This document shows positions 1 to 8,791 of a stretch of DNA of 43,315 nucleotides, one piece after another. Source of the DNA: Pirellulales bacterium. GTDB lineage: Bacteria; Planctomycetota; Planctomycetia; Pirellulales; JALHLM01. The DNA lies in NCBI GenBank assembly GCA_022844585.1, contig JALHLM010000002.1, positions 1 to 43,315 of the forward strand, read 5' to 3'. The translations under genes and the position numbers were made by a program. Every line of letters begins with the position of its first letter. The first letter of the stretch is position 1. The notes below the pieces were generated by a model. That model was not told where the DNA came from, ran no database searches, and saw only the letters and a program-made list of their open reading frames with translations.

Positions 1-13
1 GAATCGCCATGGG

Positions 14-496
14 TTATTCTTTCTCCACGACGGCGAGATTCAACTCCATGCCTTCCGCGACGGCCGCCGACGTGAGCCGGGCCATCTCCCGGAGGCGCAC
101 GTCCTTTTCGGCCTTGAACACCACGGCCGTTTTGCCCTCGCTGCGCCCTAGCGCCACGGCGGCGCGAATGCGGTCTTCCTGCGTCAACGCGTCGGTGATC
201 GCTTCGCCCTGGACGCCGTCGGCGAGGTAGACGCTCACCGCGTCGCCATCGGCGTGCGGCATCACCGTCACGAACACGGCCGCATCGCCGTCGACGGCCT
301 CGGCGTGTTGGGCCCGAGGCAAGTCGATTTCCACCAACGAGGCGCCGATCGTGGTCACTAAGAAGAAAATGTTCATCATGAACACGAGGTCGATCATCGC
401 CGTGATGTCGAAATGCGCGTCGTCGTGCAACGGCTTGCGTTTCAACAGCGCATCGAGCTGGCTGTTCGCGTAGAACTCATGGCGTTCTTGCTGCAT
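14..496 (-). CDS. exbD: ExbD/TolR-family biopolymer transport protein
   Basis: I trimmed ORF 14..610 to the internal ATG at 494-496 (MQQERHEF...), 15 nt after the exbB stop. It has a single N-terminal TM, ITAMIDLVFMMNIFFLVTT, typical of ExbD/TolR. It is on the same strand as ExbB and adjacent to it. Confidence 0.8.
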   Translation of the reverse strand: MQQERHEFYANSQLDALLKRKPLHDDAHFDITAMIDLVFMMNIFFLVTTIGASLVEIDLPRAQHAEAVDGDAAVFVTVMPHADGDAVSVYLADGVQGEAITDALTQEDRIRAAVALGRSEGKTAVVFKAEKDVRLREMARLTSAAVAEGMELNLAVVEKE

Positions 497-510
497 CGTG
501 TTGCGCGCGG

Positions 511-1143
511 TTAGACGCCTCCCGTTCGGAAGTAATCCAACAGTCGCAACAATCCGGACCCCAAGGAGTCTTGCAAACGGCGCAAACGAATGTTCAAACT
601 CGCCAGGCAATAACTGAAGGGAATGGCGGTGGCCAAACCCATCGCCGTGCAGATGAGCGCGATGGAAATCTCATCGGCGATCTGCGAGGGCTGCACTTTT
701 TCTCCGGTGCCGATGCGCCCAAAGGCCGCCATCATCCCGAGGACCGTGCCGAACAAACCCAGCAGCGGCCCGCTCTTGATCACCGTGGCGACCCAACTGA
801 TGCGGTATTCCAGGTCTCCCAGCACGTCGCGCTGCACCAATTCCCCCAGCAATTGGCGCAAGTGCTCCGTGCTGAGCTTGCGATTGGCAAACGCCACGCG
901 TCCGAGTTGCGCCAAGGCCCGCGGATTGTCGGCGCACAATTCGTCGGCGGCCGCCGGTTGCGGGGAACGCAGGGCCTGCTGGAACTGATTCAGGAATTCG
1001 CTTTGCTCTAGCTCATTGCGAAACGACAACAACTTGAGCCGCCGCATGACCATGATCACGCAGTACAGTCCCCACAGAAAGTTGGCCGCCAAAAAGACGT
1101 AGCAGGCGTCGCCAAGCATTTTCGCCAGTTCGGTGGCTTGCAT
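511..1143 (-). CDS. exbB: MotA/TolQ/ExbB proton-channel family protein
   Basis: 210 aa with an ATG at 1141-1143. It has three hydrophobic helices and the conserved PLLGLFGTVLGMMAAF motif of the ExbB/TolQ family. Confidence 0.8.
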   Translation of the reverse strand: MQATELAKMLGDACYVFLAANFLWGLYCVIMVMRRLKLLSFRNELEQSEFLNQFQQALRSPQPAAADELCADNPRALAQLGRVAFANRKLSTEHLRQLLGELVQRDVLGDLEYRISWVATVIKSGPLLGLFGTVLGMMAAFGRIGTGEKVQPSQIADEISIALICTAMGLATAIPFSYCLASLNIRLRRLQDSLGSGLLRLLDYFRTGGV

Positions 1144-1193
1144 GAATTCGCGTGGGGCAAAAGGTGAGGGGATTCGATTCCCCGGCGGCGTTT

Positions 1194-2072
1194 CTATTTT
1201 ACCGGTTGTTGGCTCAGCACATGAAACTCAAATCCTTGCTCGGTCTTACGCACGCCGAACCTTGTACGGCGCGTGTCCTTCGGATCGCGTCCGGCGTACT
1301 GCTTCTCCAGCGTAACCAGCGTCTGCTCCACGGCGTCTGGAATAAACTGCACCAGTACCCGGTTCTCGGTTTGCACGCCAGCTTTGACCAGCAGTTCGCG
1401 ATCCGCCGACTCACGGCTGCTTCCGCGACGCCACGAGAAATACAACCGCGTTTCGTTGGCGCTGGCGATCAACGTCCGCACCGCGGGCTTCTCCTGGCTG
1501 AATTTCGACGCTAACTCGATCGTATTCGACTGGCCGATGGCCGCCAACTCAATCTTGAAAAAGTCGAGAATCGCCGAGTATTCCTGCAATGTGATGCTGT
1601 CACCATACTCCACTTCCCAGCGTTGCGGCCGGGGCAGCCCAGGCTCGCCGGACCCAGAGCCTTTCGCCACGCGATCCCCGGTGCCGCGCGAGCGTCCCCG
1701 CAGCACGGGAGCGTCCTCGCCGAGATAGGGCTCATCCAGCCGGGCGCTGTAGAGCGACGTGGTGCGGCTAATATTGTCGAGCGTCGAGAGCAGCGATTCC
1801 TCGACCACCTCGCCGAGCGTGGGAAATTCGTCCGATTCCGGGCCCTCGATCAACATCCCCTCGTCGCCTTCGCCGAATTCGTGTCCGCCCCCTTCGCCAG
1901 GATTCAACTCAACCATCGTGACGGCGACCGGTGGTTCGGGCAGCGCGCCGCGCATCGCCAACCAAATGGGAGTCAGCGCCGCCGCGATCGAACCGACGAG
2001 CACGAGCAACGCCAGCAGCAAGCTCGAAGTCTGATCGTACGCCGACACGCGCAATTGCGTCGTGGGCGCCAT
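1194..2072 (-). CDS. hypothetical membrane-anchored protein in the TonB position upstream of exbB-exbD
   Basis: ORF 1194..2123 begins at TTG; the first ATG is at 2070-2072 (MAPTTQLRV...). It has one N-terminal TM (LLLALLVLVGSIAAALTPIWLAM), an acidic Gly/Glu-rich linker, and a C-terminal domain of about 150 aa with no family I recognise. Confidence 0.55.
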   Translation of the reverse strand: MAPTTQLRVSAYDQTSSLLLALLVLVGSIAAALTPIWLAMRGALPEPPVAVTMVELNPGEGGGHEFGEGDEGMLIEGPESDEFPTLGEVVEESLLSTLDNISRTTSLYSARLDEPYLGEDAPVLRGRSRGTGDRVAKGSGSGEPGLPRPQRWEVEYGDSITLQEYSAILDFFKIELAAIGQSNTIELASKFSQEKPAVRTLIASANETRLYFSWRRGSSRESADRELLVKAGVQTENRVLVQFIPDAVEQTLVTLEKQYAGRDPKDTRRTRFGVRKTEQGFEFHVLSQQPVK

Positions 2073-2140
2073 TTCTGGCGGCTGCGTAGGGCCGGACAAG
2101 GCTGGAGGGGTGATCGTGGCCAACTTGTTGGTTCAAAAAA

Positions 2141-2212
2141 GGAAGGCGAGACAACCATTGTCGCCTTTCGCTCCGCGAAAGAGCGCGCTTTCGCGGAGCG
2201 AAAGGCGACGTT
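2141..2212. repeat. intergenic palindromic element with a perfect 21-bp stem
   Basis: TCGCCTTTCGCTCCGCGAAAG (2161-2181) and its exact reverse complement CTTTCGCGGAGCGAAAGGCGA (2188-2208) flank a 6-nt loop. A smaller imperfect hairpin, GGCGAGACAACCATTGTCGCC, overlaps the 5' side. Confidence 0.85.
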
Positions 2213-2235
2213 GCCAAGCAGTCAATGCGTAAACT

Positions 2236-3846
2236 CTAGGGTGGCGAAAGGGAGTCGAACGTCGCGCCAGGGCGAATCGAGCGATACCAATCTTGCCAGG
2301 TACGAATCTCATCTTGACGTTCTTTGTCGCTCGGCGCCGCGGGAGGCGTCTTGGCGTTGAGCCGACGACTGATCAACCGCAGCCCAGCCGCGGCTTCGCG
2401 AAACACTTCGGCGTCGGGATCTTCGAGCGCAAAAATCAACGTCGGCACGTGATCGAGATTCCGCGTCCGCGCCAAACCGCGCACCGCGGCCACGCGGGCT
2501 TCGACGGGTCCGTCAGACACGAGCTTCTTCAATTGTGCGGCCATTGAGTCGAGGTCCGCGATGTCGGCGTCGAATGACAACTCTTCCAGATCCTCAATCG
2601 CGCGGAAGTAATGTTCGTTGTCCGGATCGTCCATCGCCGCGAACAATTCGTCAGCCGTGCCAGCCGTCGCTTGTCGCTTAATGCGTCCTTGACGTAAGAG
2701 CGCACTCCCTTCGCCGTGCGGCAAGCCGCGCCCGCCGACCAGCGTGCCGCCGCCGAAATAACGGGCTTTCGTGATGGCTTTGCGGGTCGAACGGACCATG
2801 AATAATACAGAGAATGCAGTATCGGCCGTGACGCCGCATAAGTTGTCCCATTCGCCCCGCGAGCCCTGCTTCGCGAGCAAATACCTGACGCCGGCGTCGT
2901 ACCAATCCGCATCCTGTCCGACGCGCCCTGCGGCCGCTTCCCGAAAGCTCTGATAGCGCTCCAGCGTGTAAAGGTAGTAGAATTGATACTTATCCACTTC
3001 GACATTGAATTTCCGGTCCATGTACTCGTCGGCGTTTTCGCGGGCGCGCTCCATGCGTCGACTGTCTACGTTTCTCGTACCCTTGCGGTCCGGCCGATGA
3101 CGCCGTTTGCCGACTGGCTTGAGCGCATCGGGTAACGAATCCTCTGGCTTTTTCTCGTCGCGAGGCCCGAGATTCACCAGACCAAATCGATCCGAGCAGA
3201 TATACAGCGCCCCCGAACCCGCCGTACACATGCACAACGGCGTTTCGGATTGCATGACCTGAGTAAAATTCCCTGGGTCGATCGCCTGATAACCGAACCC
3301 GCCGCTGGGATCCTGCGTTCGCAACAGCCAGTTGGCAACTTGCTCCCAGCGCTCTACCGGAACGTCGAAGCCGGCCTCCGTGGCTTCCCACATGCTCAGT
3401 ACGGCATATTGCGTCATCGAGGTATCGCCGAACAGCGCGTTGTGATACCCCCAGGCGCCGTTCGGCTTTTGCGTTTCCCCCTGCAGCTTCAACAGTTTTT
3501 CGATGTCGTACTCGTAGCGGTCGCGGTCGGCGTTCACTAAGAAGATGATCGACATCGCCAGGCTGTACATGTCGGTGCGCAGCGAGTCGTCGTTGAGCCC
3601 TTGCCGGATCGACTGGACAGCCTGGATGATCCGCGGATGATCGTGCGGGGCCTCGCTCTTCAAGAGGGCCAAGCCCGCCATCGCCTGAGCGCCAATGCGA
3701 GGATCATTGGCCCCGTCGGTGGCCAGAAACGCCACCGCCTTGGCAACCGCGGCTTTCACTTCGGGGCTGTCCGGAGTGAAAGCGCTGCGCGCCGGGAGCG
3801 CTAGGCAACCTAAAATAAGTGCCGCAAGGCACGCCGACGAGCGCAT
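2236..3846 (-). CDS. secreted prenyltransferase/squalene-cyclase-repeat (alpha/alpha toroid) protein with C-terminal HEAT-like repeats
   Basis: I trimmed ORF 2236..3927 to the ATG at 3844-3846, which gives a signal peptide MRSSACLAALILGCLALPARSA. QW-like repeats QKPNGAWGY and QDPSGGFGYQ are present. The C-terminus, VAAVRGLARTRNLDHVPTLIFALEDPDAEVFREAAAGL, looks like HEAT/PBS repeats. Confidence 0.65.
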   Translation of the reverse strand: MRSSACLAALILGCLALPARSAFTPDSPEVKAAVAKAVAFLATDGANDPRIGAQAMAGLALLKSEAPHDHPRIIQAVQSIRQGLNDDSLRTDMYSLAMSIIFLVNADRDRYEYDIEKLLKLQGETQKPNGAWGYHNALFGDTSMTQYAVLSMWEATEAGFDVPVERWEQVANWLLRTQDPSGGFGYQAIDPGNFTQVMQSETPLCMCTAGSGALYICSDRFGLVNLGPRDEKKPEDSLPDALKPVGKRRHRPDRKGTRNVDSRRMERARENADEYMDRKFNVEVDKYQFYYLYTLERYQSFREAAAGRVGQDADWYDAGVRYLLAKQGSRGEWDNLCGVTADTAFSVLFMVRSTRKAITKARYFGGGTLVGGRGLPHGEGSALLRQGRIKRQATAGTADELFAAMDDPDNEHYFRAIEDLEELSFDADIADLDSMAAQLKKLVSDGPVEARVAAVRGLARTRNLDHVPTLIFALEDPDAEVFREAAAGLRLISRRLNAKTPPAAPSDKERQDEIRTWQDWYRSIRPGATFDSLSPP

Positions 3847-4041
3847 GTGGAGAAGACCCCGTCGCCGCGACGCTAACAGGGGAACAACGCCGTTCACGGG
3901 AAGGATCCTTGCCGCCCCTGTTCCCAATCTTCGATCCTAATGACCGGCAACCGGGATGTCAAGCAAATGGCGACGCCGGAAGTTGTTGTGCGACAAAGAG
4001 TTGTCCTGCGAACCTGGGGCCAGTTTCGGTGTCCCGGTACG

Positions 4042-4070
4042 TTGACAACCCGCGAATGGGAACTTACCAT
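4042..4070 (+). promoter_or_regulatory. sigma70-like promoter candidate for tRNA-Phe
   Basis: TTGACA (4042-4047), a 17-nt spacer, then TACCAT (4065-4070), about 45 nt upstream of the tRNA 5' end. Confidence 0.4.
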
Positions 4071-4115
4071 TTTCGGTTTGCCGCGCGATTGGCCTTGCGC
4101 CCGCCGTCACGGCAC

Positions 4116-4188
4116 GGACAGGTAGCTCAGTCGGTAGAGCACTGGACTGAAAATTCAGGTGTCGCCGGTTCGATCCCGGCCCTGTCCA
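4116..4188 (+). tRNA. tRNA-Phe (anticodon GAA)
   Basis: A manual cloverleaf fold works. The acceptor stem is GGACAGG/CCTGTCC and the D-arm is GCTC-AGTCGGTA-GAGC. The anticodon arm is CTGGA-CTGAAAA-TTCAG (anticodon GAA) and the T-arm is GCCGG-TTCGATC-CCGGC. The discriminator is A and CCA is not encoded. Confidence 0.95.
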
Positions 4189-4567
4189 CTTCCTTGCGCG
4201 GCCCGTATTCGGCAATTGGCCGAAACCCTATGCGGGTTGTGCGTTTTTTCGCGGTCAATCTGATCGCCCGGGCCCGCTATTTAAGATAGCGTGACGGTGC
4301 GCGCCCCGAAAGCGCGGCTCGGACTTCTTAATTTGAGGCCTTTTTTCGGCAGAAAGGTGGCGACGATGACTCGATTGAACATCGTGGCATGGACCATCGT
4401 GGGCTTGTTGCCGTGTGGCGATGGAGCTGCCGTGGGCGGCGATATGCGGCAATCGCTCGCCTGTCGGACCGCTTCCAACGTACCGAATCGTTGGTGCGAT
4501 TGACTTCTGCCTTCTTCTGTCGCGCGATTCTAGAAGTGCGCGCGTCCCGATCGAACCGGATAACTCT

Positions 4568-4957
4568 ATGTCGTCCACATCGCACGATTTCGTAGATCCC
4601 ATGCAATTGCTGCAGCAGCGCGTGGCCGGCCTCGACGAGGACGTCAGGATCCTACGGCAAGAGATCGGTTCCCTGGCCGCATCAAGATTGGCAATGCGCC
4701 GAGTGGAAGCGTTGGCAAGTCCCGAATTGCTTCACACTGCGGAACGCTTGGCCCAAGAAGTTGGTTTTAGACTTTTGAACACCGAGCTCGAATCGGGCCC
4801 GGATTGCCCCGACAGCACCTACTATGTGCTAAACGTTGAAGTCGTTGGAACGCCAGAAGAGCTGATCGCTCGGCAACTGCAGTGGCACGAAGCGTTGGAG
4901 CGTGTCGATAGTTCGTATCACGGTCGAGTTCGCATCTGTATTTTTCCTGCGCCATGA
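4568..4957 (+). CDS. hypothetical protein, upstream partner of the HEPN gene (possible antitoxin)
   Basis: I trimmed ORF 4415..4957 to the ATG at 4568 (MSSTSHDF...); the start is uncertain. The N-terminal half looks like a coiled coil and the C-terminal half looks alpha/beta. Its stop overlaps the HEPN start in ATGA at 4954-4957. It has no nucleotidyltransferase GS...DxD motif. Confidence 0.5.
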   Translation: MSSTSHDFVDPMQLLQQRVAGLDEDVRILRQEIGSLAASRLAMRRVEALASPELLHTAERLAQEVGFRLLNTELESGPDCPDSTYYVLNVEVVGTPEELIARQLQWHEALERVDSSYHGRVRICIFPAP

Positions 4958-5286
4958 CCGGTAACGAGTTTATTGAACTTGCCGCAAGGCTCGTCGCCAC
5001 GCGGATGGCGGACGAAGCAAGCATGTGTACGGCGATAGGTCGCGCTTACTACGGCGCATTTCATCTCGCGACGTCGTTTCTCAACGAGCTCGGTTTCGCC
5101 ACAGTTGGTCACAGCGAACCACACCAGTTCCTCGCGGAGCCTGGAAACGCCAAAGCGAAGCACGCTGGAATCATCCTGGCTGAACTTCAAAGCGCTCGTA
5201 TCAAAGCTGACTACCGGCTGGACTTTGTGAGGGCAGGTTCGCAGCCGTTTGCAAAGCAACAAGTCGAGTGTGCGTTTCGATTGTGA
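4954..5286 (+). CDS. HEPN domain protein (PF05168-like)
   Basis: 110 aa with the motifs GRAYYGAFHLATSFLNELGF...GHSEPHQFL and a C-terminal LQSARIKADY. This is the helix pattern of small HEPN proteins that normally pair with minimal nucleotidyltransferases. Confidence 0.6.
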   Translation: MTGNEFIELAARLVATRMADEASMCTAIGRAYYGAFHLATSFLNELGFATVGHSEPHQFLAEPGNAKAKHAGIILAELQSARIKADYRLDFVRAGSQPFAKQQVECAFRL

Positions 5287-5394
5287 ACCGAATTGGCAAA
5301 TTGCTGCAACAAAGCTGAGCGAAATGCGATCCAGGAGTGCCTGCGAAGATACGTCGAGAGTCGCGGCGGATCGCGGTAGCGACCTGCCGCCGAC

Positions 5395-8300
5395 TCACTC
5401 CAGCCCGTACAACCCAGCCAACGGCACGCTGGCACCGCCGGCGCGGCCTAGGGTGCTGCCGCCCGGCAGGAAACGCGGCTCGACCATGAAACTTGCGCCG
5501 ACGTTGTCGCGGTTGTGATCAACGTTCAGCCCGAGCGACAGCAGGAACGATTCGCCAACCCGCGTCAGTTGTACATTCTGGCCGATGCTGCCGTTGCCGC
5601 CGACGTCGACCGCGGTGCTGATCGCCGAGACCCATTTCGGGCTCATGCGATAACTGTACGAGGCCATCACCACTTGGCTGTTGATGGGGCCTTCCAGCGA
5701 GTGGAAGCCGACGTACAGTCCACCCTTCGGCGGTCGATTCAGGAAGCCGCCGATCGTGGCGATCTGCTGGCCGTCGAGAAAGAAGTCGAAGATGCCGTCC
5801 GAGAGCAACGTGAAACGATCTCCCACGTGCCAGCGGAAATTGTAGTCGACTAACCCGATCGGCTCGCCGAAATTGTCCTTGTCGTTCTTAGGGAACCAGG
5901 TGGCGTTCGTATCCAGGACGATCCAATCGATAATGCGGCGGTTCGTCGGCAGCCCGCGCTTCGTTTGCCAGCGTTGCTTGACGCCGAAACGCACCGCCAT
6001 CAGGTCGTCGACGGTTTCCGTCGACGGGCTGGTGACCCAACTCCCGAGTCCCGTGCGGACCGCATAGAAGCGTTCCTCGAACCGCGCCGGCACGGGCGCC
6101 GGGCCGCCGAAGGTGTTGAACGCGAAACGCCGACGGAAATGTTCGATCGAGTTGTCGTCGAGCTGTTCGTAGAGCGGCAGGTCGTCGAGATCGCGATTCG
6201 TATCGGAGTAGGCGAATTCGCCGTCGAAAACGACCTTGTGCGACATGCCGTGCAGATTCAACAAACCGCTTTCAACGGTCGGATCAACCGTCCAGAACGG
6301 AATGCTCGCCCGCACGCCGAGTTGACCATAGGCGCGCTGCGTGTCCTCCAGGTCGACGTCTTCACCCCAGTGGCCAAGCTCACCGAGTGCGTACGGGACG
6401 AACTTGAACCCGCCGGCCTGCAGCGGCAGGTCGATCTCTTGGCGCGTGACGATCTTCTCACCGCCAGCCGAGGTGCCGCCATCGGCGGTTTGTTCCCACG
6501 GCAGGAAGCCGAACTTGGCACGGTCGACCGGATCTTCTGGCGTATTGGTCACGCGGAACTTACTGAGCGATGCCTGCGTGTGCGCGTGCCACGTCAGCAG
6601 ATTGCCTAGCAGCGGTTGTCCCAGCAGAAAATGGTCGCCGCGCGGCAGTTGCTCGGTCTCGGTAAAGAAGTCGTTGATGCGTGTGCTGGCCGTCAGATTA
6701 AACGACTGATTGACCCAGAGTTTTTTTAACTCGAACCCGGTCGTTTCATCCTTCAGCTCGTCCCATTCGTTCTCGTAGTACTCCTCCAGAAAATTGCGAT
6801 CGCTGATCCAGCCCAACTCGCCGCTGAACTGCAAGTCCCACGGCAGCATCTGGCGATGGTGTCCCAGCAGTCGGTAGCGATAGTCCTTGCCAGTCGTGAT
6901 CGCAGGTCGGTCGCTGCCGAGATTGTCGGTGTCGTGATCGTCGATGCCCCAATAGTCGAAGTAGCCGAAATGGGGCCCGCCGTAGCCCAGCAGGCGGGGG
7001 CCTTCATAGCGGAACTCGGTGCCATGCCCGAAGCCGCGCTCGCTTAGCCAATCGGCGCTGACATTCCACTTCGTTCCCGGCGGCGGATTCTCGATGCCCA
7101 GAATCTGGTAAACGTCGAACTCGCTCAGCACCTGGTTGCCGAAGATACGGTCGGTCTTGAACTGCAGGCTGTTGATGTAATAGGTCGGCTTCTCCAAGTC
7201 CGTGGCGATCTTCGGCCAGTACAGCACAGGCACGTCGCGCAGGTACAAGACGTTGTGGTGGCTCGTCGCCAGCCGTTCATGGACGTAGAGCGGTTCTTGC
7301 GTCTGCGGATTGATCTCTTGCTGCCCCGTGATCGGATTCACGACCGGCGTTTCGACGTCTTGAAAGTAAACGCTGGACCCTTGCAGTCGATACGCGGGTC
7401 GTCCCATCCGGCTGCCGCTCAGCCAAGCGTTGGTCGCATGGAAGCGATTCGCGCCGAGTTGCTGCAAAACATCCGCCTTGAGCCGGAGGATGCCATTGAA
7501 CTGGAGACCCTGCGTTTCGACGCCGGCGAATTGCGCGGCTTCGGTCGGTGACACGCTGGGGGTCAACATTTCCGCGTTGAGCACCACGCCGACGTTGTTG
7601 CGCACGTCGAAGTACATGCGATCGGCGTAGACGGTGCGGTCGCCTTGCTTGAAGACGATATTGCCTTCCAGATACAACTCCAACGGCGCTGTTTCTGGCT
7701 GGATCGCCTCTTCGCCGCCGGCCAGGCTGCTTTCCTTGATGCCTTGCGTCCAGACAACCAGGTTGTCGGTGTAGATATCCACCGCCCCGGTCGCGACGAC
7801 GCCGTCGATGATGAAATTGATGCCGCCGGTGATGATGCCGACGGTTTCCGTCCCCTCGGGATTCGTGACGAACTGCGCCTGCGGGGCGGCGGTGTTGCGC
7901 GGATAGACCCGCACGCGCCGCATCCCCGCCGGAATGCCGGTCCCGGGTGAAGGCAACCCCAGCTGCTGCACCGTGACCGCTTGAGGAGTTTCGCCAACGA
8001 CGAACTCGGTGCGTTGAATGACGTTGGGCGGCGCAATTGCAGGTGCTTCGCTTGCTTGCGGCGCACCGCTCGCGGTCCAGCCTTCCTGTTTCGCGCCATT
8101 CGCGGCGAGCAATCTTGGTTCGCGCCGCGCCATGCCGCGCGCGAAGATCGCCGGTTTCTCGCGCGGCTCGCCGCCGATGTTGGGCGTCTCGACATGCATC
8201 AGCGCCGTGGACGAAAACTCGCCCAGCCACGATTGATCCGTCACCCGGGCGGGCTGCCCGCCGTTCTGGTAGGTGAAGTCGACGTTCCCTTCGAGATACG

Positions 8301-8625
8301 TGATAGCCAGCGCATGGCGATTGGTGAAATCGCCTTCGCGCTTGATCCACAACACGGCTTCCTTCGCGTGTCCGTGGACGCCCCCTTGCTTGACGTCGAC
8401 GCCGCCGGTCAACCACCAGACTTCATAGGCGCCTTGTTGCCAGCGAAATCCGTTCGGCGCGGCGAAGTACACGGAATCCCAAGGTTGCGAGCGAGGAAGT
8501 TCAATTTCCGTGCCCATCGCGACCGATACGTAGAGCGCGCAGAACAATGCGAGCACTGCGCGCGCAGCCCAAGCGGCGCGGCGCGAAAACGCGCCACCGG
8601 CGAGTAACAACGATCTCACCAGCAC
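5395..8625 (-). CDS. lptD: LptD/OstA-like outer-membrane LPS-assembly protein
   Basis: 1076 aa with a GTG start at 8623-8625 and a signal-like N-terminus. OstA-type beta-jellyroll segments are present (LYLEGNIVFKQGDRTVYADRMYFDVRNNVGVV). The long C-terminal region is rich in aromatic and Gly residues, like a beta-barrel. Confidence 0.6.
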   Translation of the reverse strand: MLVRSLLLAGGAFSRRAAWAARAVLALFCALYVSVAMGTEIELPRSQPWDSVYFAAPNGFRWQQGAYEVWWLTGGVDVKQGGVHGHAKEAVLWIKREGDFTNRHALAITYLEGNVDFTYQNGGQPARVTDQSWLGEFSSTALMHVETPNIGGEPREKPAIFARGMARREPRLLAANGAKQEGWTASGAPQASEAPAIAPPNVIQRTEFVVGETPQAVTVQQLGLPSPGTGIPAGMRRVRVYPRNTAAPQAQFVTNPEGTETVGIITGGINFIIDGVVATGAVDIYTDNLVVWTQGIKESSLAGGEEAIQPETAPLELYLEGNIVFKQGDRTVYADRMYFDVRNNVGVVLNAEMLTPSVSPTEAAQFAGVETQGLQFNGILRLKADVLQQLGANRFHATNAWLSGSRMGRPAYRLQGSSVYFQDVETPVVNPITGQQEINPQTQEPLYVHERLATSHHNVLYLRDVPVLYWPKIATDLEKPTYYINSLQFKTDRIFGNQVLSEFDVYQILGIENPPPGTKWNVSADWLSERGFGHGTEFRYEGPRLLGYGGPHFGYFDYWGIDDHDTDNLGSDRPAITTGKDYRYRLLGHHRQMLPWDLQFSGELGWISDRNFLEEYYENEWDELKDETTGFELKKLWVNQSFNLTASTRINDFFTETEQLPRGDHFLLGQPLLGNLLTWHAHTQASLSKFRVTNTPEDPVDRAKFGFLPWEQTADGGTSAGGEKIVTRQEIDLPLQAGGFKFVPYALGELGHWGEDVDLEDTQRAYGQLGVRASIPFWTVDPTVESGLLNLHGMSHKVVFDGEFAYSDTNRDLDDLPLYEQLDDNSIEHFRRRFAFNTFGGPAPVPARFEERFYAVRTGLGSWVTSPSTETVDDLMAVRFGVKQRWQTKRGLPTNRRIIDWIVLDTNATWFPKNDKDNFGEPIGLVDYNFRWHVGDRFTLLSDGIFDFFLDGQQIATIGGFLNRPPKGGLYVGFHSLEGPINSQVVMASYSYRMSPKWVSAISTAVDVGGNGSIGQNVQLTRVGESFLLSLGLNVDHNRDNVGASFMVEPRFLPGGSTLGRAGGASVPLAGLYGLE

Positions 8626-8791
8626 ATGCGCAGGCAGTTGGGCATCCTTGCCGAGTAGCAGTCGATAAGCAGACCAGCAGCGCCAACGCGCTGGCTCTTG
8701 CCTGCCTACCCTCTTCCTGGAAATTTGGCGGCGGATTATAGGAGCGTGCCGCGCGGGGGGTCAAGGCGGCTTCCGGAACGGAAACGTGCGC

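Noticed and set aside
511-1143. The MotA-like/ExbD pair as a Zorya-type (ZorAB) anti-phage defence motor.
   Set aside because: The MotA-family protein is 210 aa with the standard ExbB/TolQ layout. It lacks the long C-terminal tail characteristic of ZorA. The partner is a typical ExbD rather than a MotB/OmpA-like protein. No ZorC/D-like or ZorE-like genes are visible.
2990-2998. The near-perfect DnaA box TTATCCACT (8/9).
   Set aside because: It is a single isolated site inside a coding region, 23 kb from dnaA. It is most simply a chance occurrence.
4365-4503. A 45-aa ORF (MTRLNIVAWTIVGLLPCGDG...) with an AAAGGTGG ribosome-binding-like site, lying between tRNA-Phe and the HEPN cassette. It could be a small hydrophobic peptide.
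   Set aside because: There is no family resemblance. Only about 12 hydrophobic residues are present, and the rest is Cys/Arg/Gly-rich like non-coding high-GC sequence. The evidence is insufficient to call a gene.
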